Part shown: positions 41,740-55,539 of the stretch, one piece after another | Layout of the letters: every line of letters begins with the position of its first letter | How positions within the stretch are numbered: the first letter of the stretch is position 1 | Assembly (NCBI GenBank): GCA_040954595.2 | Contig: CM082592.2 | Location: 3,302,735-3,366,734, forward strand | Length of the DNA stretch: 64,000 nucleotides | DNA from: Balanoglossus misakiensis | Lineage: Eukaryota; Animalia; Hemichordata | Reading direction: 5' to 3' | Notes under the pieces: model-generated | What the model saw: the letters and a program-made list of their open reading frames with translations, nothing else | The model's database searches: none | What the model was told of the DNA's origin: nothing | Made by a program: the position numbers and the translations under genes

Positions 41740-44662
41740 GGTGTTTTTACCTGAGAGTGCAGACTGAAGGAACACTTTAAAGAAACTGATACATGCATAT
41801 GTTTACATTTCTCAGAAGATTGACAAAAATTAAACCACCTCAATATATCTGGAATAAACTTTAAAATATGCACCTTTGTTTATTGGATTGAAGCTTAGGC
41901 GGTGCAAAGCACACAAATATGTCAATTTCTATTCCAACAATTTGTAAACAAAAGCGAACTTGTAAACGTCATGTTTTAAATAAGTGAGTTATCCAAGACA
42001 TGTATAGTATTACCCCGTATGATTTTTGTGCATGACGTGTTTAGATATACAGAACCAAACTTACATGTAGCATAGTCTAAATTGAAGATATGGTAGTTTA
42101 AAATCAACTATATTACTCTGACAAAACTTTCTCTCAGAAGGTCGCAGAGACATGTTAAATTCTTATCGTGCCCTTTGTAAGCCTATGGGCTAAATCTTCA
42201 GCTAAACCAACCATGCATCTGAACGTCGATGCAAATATCCAAGACATTTTATACTAAATACTAAAGTTTTAAGTCATTATACTGTATTGCGTTCTAAACA
42301 GTTTGTACACACCCATCCTTCCGGAGAACACGGCCATGATACTTTGACTTTTCACTTTCAACGTCGTTGTCAACAGGTCAGTCATTTTTCGCAAGTTGTA
42401 CATATTTTTTCCTATAATTTTGATCGAGCCCTACCGGCAATGGAAATTGTATCCACTTGGTATAGAATCACGCGGGGGGGGGGGGGGGGGGGGGATGGGG
42501 AAAAATATGTGAAAATGATAAAATGTTGCGCCACATTTTGGCTAACTACTTTTTACAGGTTACAGTGTCCATGTATTCTTCATATGATTATTCTGGCGAG
42601 CACATCTAGTAAATTTGTTCACCCACTCAAGAGAACATTATATTAGAAATGGTAGATTTTCACGCACTCAACATATCAAAGCTCCAATTATCTACCTGAA
42701 GGTAACATCATGTCGAGCTAGAGTAATTTTAAATTAATCGAGTGGGTTTTTTGGTAAAGCTATAAGTTACCTAGAACATTTCTAAGAAAAAAAAACTATC
42801 GTGAAAAATGTTGGTGTGATGGTATTTTAAACCATTTTATGTTACAAAATAGCATAACTCAGTTCTGTCAAATATCCATACAATAATTCATAACCGATTA
42901 TTTTGAAGTTTGTTGGAAAGTTTACATTTTATTTTACGACATATTTCAAAAATATGACGTCAGGGTGCACAGAAACGATGTTTATTTCGGGCAGTGGTAA
43001 ACCTAACTACCAAACAAATGTATATTCATTTGCTATCATAAGAAAATAATCACCGTCTGTAATAATTTTGATTTTAAATATTGATTTTTGAAATAATAAA
43101 GAGATATGATATCCAGACATTATACAGTGGTATTTAATATCTTATTGTGAAGTGTTTGCGTTAGCTGGTGTTAAGTTTATGTATGATATAACAGACAGTA
43201 AGACAACGACAGAAGCGGAGAGAGCAGAAGGAGACAGAGGGGTACACACATGTAGACAGACAAAATGTGTGAGTGTGGACGGATTGAGACCTGGACATGA
43301 AAACCTGTGGCAGTAAGAATGATTTTAATACAGCGGACGAACGTCTTGAAGAGGAAAAAAAGTGGAACCAAAATAAAGTGGTCTTTTATAGGAGGGAAAG
43401 AAAAGGGAAAGTCCCCTCTGCTTCCACCATTGCTTGACCTTGGTGATTCGCTGAAGGACGATAAATGCGATCAGGAGGGGAGGAACTGAATAAGGTTAAT
43501 CAATAGCTTCAATTCAGGCTTGTGATAATGAAACGTATTGATACTCATACATGTCACTCGCACATGTCAACCACGGGACTATAAGTGTTTATGCAGTTCA
43601 GTCCATTTCTTCCCTTGGCCAGTGCCGTCCACTTGTCTGACCCCACGTGACCCTTACACTCGGTTGTCTCAGTTGGCATGGACACCAATTACAGCAATCC
43701 AATCACCACTGGTGATGGGTAAACACAATGTTGCATTGGACTCGATGGAGGGGTTGGAGGGGCCTCTGGTTTGTTTGTCGTACAAACATCACGCCATAGC
43801 CCTGGGTATGCCATTGTTTGTTAATGTCGGGGCGTGGACATTAGATGCTGACTTTACCTGGAAACTTGCATATTTTCCCCATTCAATATGACAAAGCTTT
43901 TTATTTACCCTGCTACTGTACTGAGGAACGGAATTCCCCTTTCCATAAGAAATGTCGAAAACGTCTTATTTTTCAAAACTCGACTGCAAGATTCCCCGTA
44001 TGGTAAATTTAAATTCAAGTTCCTCATCAGATTATTTTGTCTTGTTCCTATTTGTCTCTATTCAGCTGTGTGATAAACATTCTACTCTGACAATTTTGAA
44101 TTTACATCGTTTACTTTTGAAGGCTCTGATGTAAAACCAGGTTCACACGCAAAAAAAAATTGAGACACTTTTCGAATTATGACCAGTGTGACCGTGGTAA
44201 TAGTCACAGTTACAAAGTGACAAAAACAACAACAACGACTTTTTCACTCGGCATTCTCAAACTACAAATTAAAGAAGTAAAACGATACGAATTTCTCAAA
44301 ACAATTACGCGACTTTTTGTTTTTAGTTTTGCTAGCTACGCTCAAAAGTAGTTGGCAAATTTTCAAAAGTAGGGGTGGATTCTACGAACGCGGTTCCTGG
44401 GGGAGTAGCCTTTAGGAAAAGACAAAGTACACGTAGCTGTTTTTGCCGGCTACACCCCTGAACAATTGTTATGTAAATTAGCAACGGTCATTCAGAGAAT
44501 ATTGCCCCTCCCCGAGTCTTCAAAAGTGATATTCGTGCAGAATTCAACGGAAGATCATAAGTGAACAAAGGTCTCGAATTCAGGGTCATTACGTTTTAAA
44601 AGGTATCTTTATTATGCAATGAACAAACACCAAATATTAAATATCAATTTCAGCAACTTTAT

Positions 44663-44691
44663 CAGCAGCAGCAGCAACAACAACAACAACT

Positions 44692-44743
<52 letters not shown>

Positions 44744-44765
44744 AAACAAAAACAACAACATAACA
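44663..44765 (+). repeat. (AGC)n/(AAC)n microsatellite
   Basis: Direct reading; intergenic. Confidence 0.92.
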
Positions 44766-46645
44766 ACATCAACTACAGCAGAAGCAACAACAATATCAAT
44801 AAAAACTCAATGCATTGATGCATAAATACCAGTTAATATTAAAATAACTCCAAATAATCTGCAGTCAATGATTTCGCTAATGATCACACGTGTACTCCAT
44901 TAAATTCTTGCTATCTGCATGCAAGTGAGCGGCTTGCTCTGCTCGGCCAATAAATGTAACTTCATTAAAATTTTAAAAAGCGTATAAATCCATATACACT
45001 AAAACACAAATGTAAATAAGCAATGCAATATCAATATATTGATTTATCCAAATACATGCGCTTTTCTTCATTAAAAATGCTAGAATGTCTTCAAATCTGA
45101 ACATTTGCAAATCTAAATCTTCAAACGGATGTTTATATCATCACGATAAGAGGCTAATTTGAAAACATTAAATCAAATTCTAAAAAAAAAATCCAATGTT
45201 AAAACATGTCTTAGTAGTAATGTCAGTCCATGTGTATTATGAGTCACTTGATCAACAGATAAGTCAATTACTTAAAATAATTCTAATATTCATCGCAAAA
45301 TCAGATAAGACGATATATATTACAAACATTTGCAGCTTACGATGGGAAAATATGTATCTGACATTTATAGCTCATGTACACCCCAATTTACAACGGTGAC
45401 CTCTGAACTCGCTATCATGCATCCGGGCTATAATAAGAAATGACTGAAATGTTTACATTTCTTAGAAGGACAAAACTAGAATCACCACAATATGATACCT
45501 GGAATAAAAAAATACAATATTCACCTTTGTTTATTCAATTAAAGCTTAGGTGGTGCAAAGCACAAAAACACGTCAATTTCTCTTTCAATATATTGCAGCT
45601 TTCATTTCATTACTTGCTTGCAAGAAAAAAACTGTTTAAAATAATCTTCTGGTATTTTGTCCAATGTATAGATAAACAACTCTAAGCCCGGTCTTACAAT
45701 AAAAACGGGTTGAGCTGCACATGAATGTGTGACCATGGATTTTTTTTCGATCAACACAGTAAAAAAGGACAAAACAAAACAAAACAAAACAAAACAAAAC
45801 CACATCATGTCTTTCATAGACTTGGAACAAATTATGCACTAAACGTTTCTTTTCATCTAAGACTGGCTACAATTTATACAATCACAATTTCTATTATCAA
45901 ACTTGACACTAAAAATCGACGGTCAGTAAATTTCGTCTGTGCAGCTCAATCCGTTTTCATTGTGAATAAAAGCTGCGCTCAGTTGTACTCAAATTTGTGT
46001 GCGTGAATACCACCTGCAATTTTTAACCACTTTAAGGCCAACAGGATCAATCCTCTTTTAACCTGGCATGCCGCGGAGGAACACCACTACAGTATATTCG
46101 CTATCCCTACTTGTGACCATCCTGTCACCTAATACTGTATATATTTATAAAAGCCTGTATTTACAGCAATCGTGCTTAATAAGCGTATCAGGGACGACGC
46201 CAAAATCAAGAAAAACAATTACACAGATTGTACATTTAGGTTGCAGCCAAAAGTTAATTCAAATATGTCATCAGAAAACAAAGGACATTCTACAGCTGAT
46301 GTGTTCACATTTGGCTATGTGACTACGGATTTATCCAAATTGTACATATTCACAACTCAGTTAAAATTTAAAGGATTCTTGGCCACGCAATATGCATTGT
46401 ATATTCTTAAGAGAAGTGTGTTGCTCAGGCAATAAAGTTTTCCTTCAGTCATGTTAATAGGAAATTACGTAACAATTTTTAACCCACGTCGCCCCGAACC
46501 TAGTGACCTTGCATTCAGGTACAAGCATGAATAAAAGCTAACGACAGATAGTACACTGGACCACAGAGTTTATGTCTTTTTGAATAAAACGTTTTTGTAC
46601 TCATTCACCAGTCCGAAGGGCCTCACTTTTGAGTTACAATGGTTG

Positions 46646-49600
46646 TCATTCTTGTGTGTCTAATGCTTTATTATCTCTGCCCATTTCCCCCTTCTCTACA
46701 CGTTCATCCGAGTTTCCAGGCTTACTTTGGACCAGTTTCGGCTCAGTTGGAGAATTTCGAATTCCATTTTCATCCGATTTTGCAGGGTCAATATGACCTG
46801 TTTTTGGTTCTGTTGGGGATTTTTGACTATTACTCTTTTCCATTACTTTACTTTCATTTGAATTTTCAGGCTTACTTTGGACCATTATTTTCGTCTCTGT
46901 TGGGGCATTTCGAATTCCACTTTCATCCGATTTTGCAGGGTCAATATGACCTGTTTTTGGTTCTGTTGGGGATTTTTGACTATTACTCTTTTCCATTCCT
47001 TTACTTTCATTTGAATTTTCAGGCTTACTTTGGACCATTATTTTCGTCTCTGTTGGGGTATTTCCAGGAACTGTATTTCTCATAGCTTCCTCCGATTTTG
47101 CGGAGTCAGTTTGTTCCATTTGTGGTTCTTTGGGGGCATTGGGGCTTACTGTATCTTCCATATTCATATTAATTTCCTCTACGTTTGTCTCGTTATTTCC
47201 GCCATTTGTACTTTTTTTCGAAGGACCAATCAGCGACAACACGACAGGGAGGAAAAGGAGCGCATGCGCGACTCCAAAGAGGATAGTGAGAACCATTATC
47301 CTGAAGAATGACTGGAATACGTAAGAACTGGCGTCTACAAGCATGATTACACCGAGGAGGGTGGAGATTCCACCATTCAAGATGGGCACTGCAACACGAG
47401 ACAGGGCCACCGTGACTCGCTCGTTGCGATCTTTCCCATCAGCCTTCATGAAAGCATGGCTGACATGCGCACAAAAGTCGACGCTGAAACCTATGCTAAT
47501 GACTATGTGTATCATAGTGATGGAGCTCAAAGAAAGGCCCCAGAAATGCATGAAACCAAACAGACCGACAAGAATCATCACCATGGTTATGGTGACGTAA
47601 ATAACACAGAGGGGGTGGGGGATGAAGAATATGCAGACGACAAACATGGCCGCCACAGCGCAGCCGACAGTTAGCAATGTGCTCGGTAGTACTTGAACGT
47701 ACTGCTCGTAATAAATGAACGCGCCTGTGTAGGCGAATGCAGGCAAATCACTGCTGTCGGCTATTTTCCGAACTCGTAGCATCATCTGGCCTTGGTCGGT
47801 TGAACTGGTCAGTCCGACGGAACGGACATAGAATCGCGATGCCACTGTCACGTTTTCATCGGTAATGTTGTTCACATCATTGCGAAGGATAGACACAGAG
47901 TCGAGGAAAGATTGCAGAGAATTAATGAAAGCAGACTCTTCGCTGGGAGGCGATCCGTTATGAAAGCTCGAGAAACTATCCAGCCAGGATATTCTGGAAT
48001 TGGCGACGATGTCGGGGTCATTTTCAATATTTGTGAGTAAGTCGTTTATCTTTCCCTGCACGCCCTCTTCCCAGTAATTTAGGGGGCCGTCCATGACGAC
48101 AGTAATAATGGGACCGTTAGCGTCGAAATAGTCATTGTTGAGTGTAAGGTAGGAATGGAGATAGGAGCTTGGTGGGACAAGATTATTCAACAAAAGACCT
48201 TGCTGTAACTGCATGGCACCCCATATAGAAACGCCCAAATATCCTGCAAACACAACTAAAACTATTATTTTTACCGGCCAAAGTTTCACGAACGATGCAA
48301 ATGGCCCTGAAAACCGCTCGAAAATGCTTCTGTCTTCCTCGTCTTTTTTTTTACTCTTTGATTCTACCCCGCGGCACCAGACAATCCAGTTACAGTACCA
48401 GAATTTCCCGCGCGCTCTGCAAGACTCCTCGTCCGGTATCGTTGTGCGCGTGGAGCAGTGTTTCCCGTCCTTCACCCGTTTCGTGTGGAACACCATGAAA
48501 CTGCCAAAGACCATCAGCTGCATCAAGTAACACCATATCACTGCAAACCCTGAAATATGCAGACAGCAGAAACTTTTAAAATGAAAATCCGTGGTTTGGA
48601 TGTGGTGCTGCTAAAAATAATTTATTATCGGGTGACTTTTAGTTCGCCTACGTTCGTCATCTAATTCCCGGTAATTTCCAGATTAGGGCTATGGGTAAAT
48701 TGTCTTCTGTATGTCCGCGCTTGCACGCGCATCTTTGTTCATTCACCTGCTCGAATTTCTTGCAATTTCAACACATGGTAACAACATCACAAACACATAG
48801 GCATTTTGAATAATTTTCGGAGATCACATGCAAAGCCACTAAAAGTTGATACCATCTCTTTTATGTTATTCACCGCAAAAATCAAAGCCTTAAACCTTTC
48901 TTTTCTCATTTTTTTACTCTAGGCACCTTATTCTCTCTTAAAATTAGCAATAAAAAGGAGGGCCACCACAAAATTGTCAATATGAGAGCGAAATGTCTGA
49001 AATTTGAAATTCAAAATGGCCGTCAATCTCAATGTTTACATTTATGGAGAAAGTTTGAATTCGTGATTTACATTAAATAAAACAATATGGCGAACAAATT
49101 GTTTCTTCTTTGTTTTCAAAAATACTCCTCGCGAACTTTAAGTATTGAATCGAAAGATTTTGAAGACTATTATTTTTCTGAAAATCTGTCCACGAGGCGT
49201 GTTCCACTTTAAACATGTATCGCTTACCAGTGTATATGCAGAAATTGCGGACAGCCGGGAAAACATTGGTCGCTCCAATCGTGAACGCCAGAAGGTCGGT
49301 CAACGACGTGATTGTGATGGAGACAGCCGAGATGCTCAAAGCAGTGCTGACTCTGTCAGCAACCTCGCTCGAGGGTTTGGTTTCAAGCCATCCAGACATC
49401 AACAGAAACATGTCATCGATTCCGATTCCTAGGAATTGAGAGAAACCAGTGGAACAGTGACAATAATGTGTGCAATATTCGCAAGACATCTGGGAAGAAA
49501 ACACAATCGCAGATTTATGTACTCCACTGTGTGTGTGTTTCACTGATACTGAGGCTTGTAAATTTTCATCGATATTTTCACTAAAAGTCGGATATTACAG

Positions 49601-52600
49601 CTTCAATGTCGATTTTAATCCTAGGTTACCGAGAATTCAATTGAGAAATTGACACCAAATCATTGATGTACCAGGAAAAAAAACACTCTCTGAAATAAAA
49701 GTGTCCTCACAAATTAGCCCGCGCCTATACTTTGACTTGCTAGAATATGCTTAGTATTTGACCCGCGTCCGCATCATCAGACGGGATGACCCCTGACCTT
49801 TAAGGTTACGCCAAGATACAGAACTCAACCGGACCGAATGCTGTGGGATAGCCATTTTGAGAAAAAGCAATTAAAATTGTAAAGTGTGTAGAACTAATTT
49901 CACAAACGAGCACGGCGGTTGGTCAACAAAGGAACCGTTCATTCGAGCCCTGGTTAGCATTCCGACGCTGCGCTGATGACGTCATTGTTGGTTTTGACAG
50001 ATCTATGGATGATGGCGTCAAATTTCCATGCCAAGTTGTTTACGCATAACACGCATTAATAAGAAACCAAAATGAAAGAAAAGCAATATCGGGGATCATA
50101 TCTGATTTACAAGCACTCGATGGACATGTATGTAATAAAGTGTAATATATGACAATGAACACATCGTGGGTGTTGCCAGTTAAGTTGCCCTGGCCACCCC
50201 GAAAGAACAGAAAGCTTTGCATCACGTCAACAACTCAGATATTTATACCCCCGGGTAATTCCGCGAAAGAAGTGAGCTCTGGCCTGTTTCCAACATATCC
50301 TGAGATCATATCCATAAAGAAATGGACACAATGCTCTTCAAGGAATTCGCAGCCAGGTAGGAGAAAACGAAAGTTGAAACGTAGGTGAATTTTTTACGAG
50401 AGTACGTTGAAATCAAATCACAGGTAAAAGCCAAGTAGAATTCCTCCGTGTTATAATTTTTACAATGAATTGATCACAAATAAAACTGTAAAGTTTCAAG
50501 TTAAAAAGAGGACGAAAAAAATGAAAATCCAAAAGCAAAGATGCGAGTGATTGGTTATTAGGATGTGACATGAATACGGTGTAGACATAGGAGTTATCTG
50601 CCTGTAGTAAGGGTGTGGCCCTATTAGACAGGGCAGGACAAATGGAAATATTGCCAACTTGGAGTGAAAATTCGCTTGTAAATATCAATGAAAGATTTGT
50701 TTTATGAACCAGATATTTGCAGGAAATCAACGCTGAAATTAACAAAGAAAAACGTATCTGAAGTGACAGTTACGACATCAAAGATAATTTAAACTCCATC
50801 TGCTGCCATTTTCACCACATTTTAATCAATTAAATTTTTCAATCTTCTTCGTATTCTTAGCCGACAGAAGATTTCATAATGCCCATGTGCGCATACAATG
50901 ATAGCTGTGTCCTCTTCAACGGTAAAAAATAACGATTTAACTTGGTTCACGGTTGATACAGTCACAATAGATAACTTCTTTTTAGTATACAAGCTTACCA
51001 ATCAACAAGCTCATTTAGATGGACCAATTTGGAATCATGAAAACAGTGCAAAAATGGCAGCTGTTGGGGCTTTAACCTGATGGAGGGGATACTGTTGTTT
51101 GCTTGAAACGGATGCCAAAATAGCGCCATAAATGTACATAATTGCAGCATCGACGTGTTTGTCCAATCACGGGGCGTGAACCCGGATCGAACAGCTCATG
51201 GATTGCGACCCTTGAACTATCATCTCAGACATTCATAGCATACAATAAGCCTCCAAACGAAAAATAAACTGCGTTGCTACGGGACTGCTTGCGATTCTAA
51301 CAACAGACCCGTTCCAAGGTAACTGGCAGAAATAAACATTACTTCCCAGGCGGTGTCGGCAACGTAAACGCCATCTAGCCCGATTACTTCCGTATATACA
51401 GGAGGACTTTTCTTCCGATTAAGTATAACAAAATCACACATACACTAAAAAAAGATCAGCTTCCAATGAAAATATTTCTCTCGATGCTTCCAAAACATTT
51501 GTGACTGTCAATCGAATACAAACGAAGCTGCTTGGATTACACATAGTTTGACGTCGTGTAGATTGTATAACAAAAATACTAAACAGGGCGAAGTCTCCTC
51601 CTTACTCAAAATTAAACATCAGTAAAAATGTATTCGAACTGATAGCGGTATCAATATCGCCATAAATGAAATATTTACAACGTTACTTGTCACATTCCCT
51701 GCGTCGTAAATGTCAACCCTTAATTTAAATGATAAGCTCACGATAATAAACAGTGCTTTTGAAAAAAAAAATACTACATATTTTTCAAAGCACTGTTTAT
51801 TATCGTGAGCTTATCATTTAAATTAAGGGTTGATATTTACGACGCAGGGAATGTGAAAAACAACATTTAACCCTCCGAACGCCATATTTTTCCTGTCAAA
51901 ATACTGATGCAACATTTTCTCAATTGTGTACATTATTTCTCTAAACTTCCTTTGTTTTGGACCAGGTAGACGTAATTTCGCATTGCCTACGGATTTTAAT
52001 CAAATATGTATACAAACGCGTTGCAAGGTTATGAGGGTTGATTTTTGAACGATGGCTTAAAGTTGACTTTGGCGTTGAAAGTGTTAACATTTACACGACA
52101 GTCGTGTTATAGTCGCACAATTTTGACGACATGTGTGTAACTATCTCCATCATGACTGTCTCTAAGTTAAACTCTGGGGCATTAATTTTCAGATGTTCGA
52201 AAAAGCTCCAGCCGAACTAGCGAAATGAAAGCTCAACTCCGCCTGAAATTCTTTCATTAAAAGTGTATACTACAACGTCGCCCGAATTTGATATCAAAAG
52301 AAATGAATTCTGAATTCGAATAAAATTGGAAAAGTGCGAAGGTAAACTACCCAGTAAAACATTTATGAATCCTGAATGGGAAAAACTGTTACTGGGGAAA
52401 CGAAAGTAAAGGATAGGTGAAGCAAACACAAATGCACGTGATATTTAAATTGAGTGAATAGCCAGAAGGTCAATCTAAGGTGCTGTTCACATAATGCAAT
52501 TTGATGTCATACCCTGTAAATTCCACATCTTGAACAAAGGCTTAGTTGTCAACATTTGGTGGAGAGGCTGGTTTTAAAGGAAAGGGGTCATCGCTCCGCG

Positions 52601-55539
52601 TGGGTGTCTCCCTTGGTGAGAATATGTCCTCCCATACAAGCGCAAACCCCACTGCAGTCGCCACGATCTTCAGTTGCTGTCATGCCCAGTCTATGCTACG
52701 GTTGACTCCTTCGTTCATTCTAAGAATTACTGTAAAACACTTTATTTTCGCGAGCGATAAATTTTCGCGAAATACGCGAGAGCCAAAATAGCGTGAAAAT
52801 AAAAATTTGCGTACATTTTTTTAAGATAACGATGCAGTGAATGAAATAAGAGAACGCAAAATTAATAATCGCGAAACAGTGGCCTCTCTCGATATCGCAA
52901 AAATATTAACTCGCGAAAGTAAAAAGTGTTTTACAGTATCTAATTTCAGTGATTTGTGGATGAATTGTAATGTTTATAGACAAACAAATGCGGCGCGACG
53001 AACACTTTACTTTAATGGAAGCTGTACTGCTATGAGAGAGTTAAAAAACTCGCCAAAATGAATAACCGTCTCTACCGTTTATTCCTTTCGCGAGAGTTTT
53101 ACTCTCATATCCTACAAACGGGATGGAAGTTGTGTGAATATTTATTTTGAAGCTTAAATAAGAGATATTGAACAACAAAAATAAAAACAACAAAACTATC
53201 AATAATAATTATGCTATTAATATCTTTATTGTAAGAAAGAAAAACAGAGCATTCCTCTTTTACTTATCAAGTATACAAATGACAAAATTAAATCGTTGGG
53301 ATTTCCGCACAGAAATATTAATGAGAAAATCACTGTCCACTGTACTTGATTGTCGAGACATAGTCTGTACAACGAAGGACATAAATGTGTGTAGGTAGTC
53401 AAGTCCGAGACTGAGATGAATTCACCATTGGGGTAAAAAGAAGAAATCACAAAAAAACAAAGGATTGCAATTCGTGTGCGTCAGTTCTCTTTTTAAATGA
53501 CACTTGACGCCATTTTGTTTCCGAGTGATGGCTTGCGCATTATGTGGTCTGGAGTATGCGATTACCAACATTTCATGTTATATTAATGTTAAAATAGCGT
53601 TTTCATGTGTGTTTCATATACATGTATGTAATATATGGAAGACGGCCATGATTGTAATGATAAAACAATGCGAGGTTTTAAATTGTTTTTTTTTTATCGC
53701 CATGTTAAAAATTCATCCTAACACGAACACATATCAAATCATGCATTTGATGTGGGGTGTTTTCTTTAATTTATTTCACATACGCACTAATCTAAGAGAT
53801 GATTTTATTAATACAACAATGGAGTTTTTAAATGATTTTTTTATTTAATATATAATATTTTATTTTTTTATATCGCCATGTTATAAATCCACCCCAACAC
53901 GCACACATCAAAAACACAGATGCATTTAATATAGAAGGCGGCTATGGTTTTTAATAAAACCACCTCCATGACTTTAATGATAGATAGACAAAGAATGAAC
54001 CCGAGCCGTCATTTTCTCCCTAACATTTTGATATCAAATTAACGTATGGAAAACGAAGATGTAGGAATCAAAGTCATTTAATTTTGTCTACATGAAATTA
54101 TAACTGGATTCGTTCTGGTGTTATTAATTCATGTTCCGTCTTTCTATTCTGCATCCGGGGTCTGCATATCTGCTCAACGTGTATACAAAATTAGAATATG
54201 CATATCAATTTGATACCATGCACCAAATGCATTTTGCACTTTGAATTAATTACACAGTGCTCTGTCATTGAAAAAAATAACGAAAATATTTATAATATTA
54301 AATATTATTATTATTATTTACTAATTAAAACTACAATAATTAGGTAAAAGATCTCATGCTGAAATTAATATACTGTCTACCGTAAAACGCCATTTTCATT
54401 TGATCCAGTACAAGACCGGATTACAACTGATATTCTATGAGTTGCCTAATACTAAAGCGTGGTAATTTCATCCTCATATAGTTATACAGATATTTTGGAA
54501 ATATCAGGAATACTTAACTTCCAAGAATATACATGTACCTACCTACGATAAGGAACGGCATGATACCGACCACGCTGACGTTCTTCACGCCGATGTAGGA
54601 ACAGAACCCATAAGACGCCAGGATCGCCAGAGCAGCGGCGACGACTCCCGTGCAAGCCAAAAAGGCCCTGTCGGTGATGCAGTTCAACGTGCCACACACA
54701 ATCGACGCGTAGGTGATCATCAGAGCGAAAGTGATGGAAAACCGGACGATATCGCCCGACAGTCCCGAATTCAGCTCGCTGCTTAAACTGTCGGAGGTGG
54801 AGTAGGCGATCTGGATGGACGTCGTCCCGTTCCATTCAGACAACCCCGCCAGAAATTCCTTCTCCCACAACAGACTGATGTCTTTGTATTCTCCATCAGT
54901 TCGGAGATAGTAACGCACACGGAGCGCTTCGGCAGACTGTACAGTTGACCTTTCACTGACCTTAACACCGCCCAAAATAGTTGGTAGGTATACCTGCGCT
55001 GCGCCCCTGGTATCAACGGGGTATGGGAGTTCATCAGCCAGGAAACCAATCACATCTGTACCGTTGAGCAGGTTTTGTATACCGCTAACGTAGCACGCGT
55101 CCGACTGTATCGCGCAGACATTGTAGTACTTATATTCAATGTCACCGACTGTTACTGATATGTTAGTTATGTACTCATCTAATGACAGATATTCATTCAG
55201 TACTTCGCTGGTCAAAACGTTTTCACCTTGGGTTTCATCAATAACGATCACATCGCCGTACACACCGAGAGTCGCTGACTGACGAGGGTAGAAGTCAGAG
55301 CCGCTCTCATCGGGGAACAAATCCTCTACCCGGCGTTGGTCTTTCACGGCCCGGCTGTTCTCCGGCGTGTACAGGTACTCGAGGTTTGTTTCCGTTTCTT
55401 GGAACAAAAGCCCTAACCCTAATATCCCAGTCGCGCCAAAAGCGATCAACAAAATCGGCAACGGGTAGCGGGAAAGAAACCGTCCGTATTTTTTGAAGGC
55501 GTTGCTCAAGGTCCCTTCCACATATTCGTGAAGCGCCAT
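46646..55539 (-). CDS. PTCHD3-like: Patched domain-containing protein (PTCHD3/PTR-like RND-superfamily transporter), paralog B, ~1033 aa
   Basis: Exons 55539-54543, 49428-49228 and 48549-46646 (3102 nt), with the same intron positions and phases as paralog A. Motifs: YLYTPENSRA, VGIMPFLIVGIGIDDMFLL, SITITSLTD, FPAVRNFCIY, FIYYEQY, SIGFSVDFCAH, HALLFLPVVLS. Confidence 0.93.
46705..47105 (-). repeat. Coding tandem repeat (153-bp / 51-aa unit, ~2.5 copies) in the PTCHD-B C-terminal tail
   Basis: PTETKIMVQSKPENSNESK(G/V)MEKSNSQKSPTEPKTGHIDPAKSDE(S/N)GIRN occurs twice, plus partial copies. Confidence 0.9.
51690..51856. repeat. Near-perfect long palindrome (arms ~75 bp, short A-rich loop) in PTCHD-B intron 1
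   Basis: tcacattccctgcgtcgtaaatgtcaacccttaatttaaatgataagctcacgataataaacagtgctttt.. is mirrored by ..aaagcactgtttattatcgtgagcttatcatttaaattaagggttgatatttacgacgcagggaatgtga. Confidence 0.92.
52730..52936. mobile_element. Tc1/mariner-type MITE (TA target-site duplication)
   Basis: TA|CTGTAAAACACTTTATTTTCGCGAG ... CTCGCGAAAGTAAAAAGTGTTTTACAG|TA. Confidence 0.8.

Noticed and set aside
43538-43891. 117-aa GC-richer ORF between the PKS and PTCHD-B
   Set aside because: No identifiable motif or supporting splice structure.
50330-50450. Short similarity (aatcacaggtaaa..aagta.gaa) between PTCHD-B intron 1 and the region upstream of PTCHD-A (~28395)
   Set aside because: Too short to distinguish from chance without an alignment.
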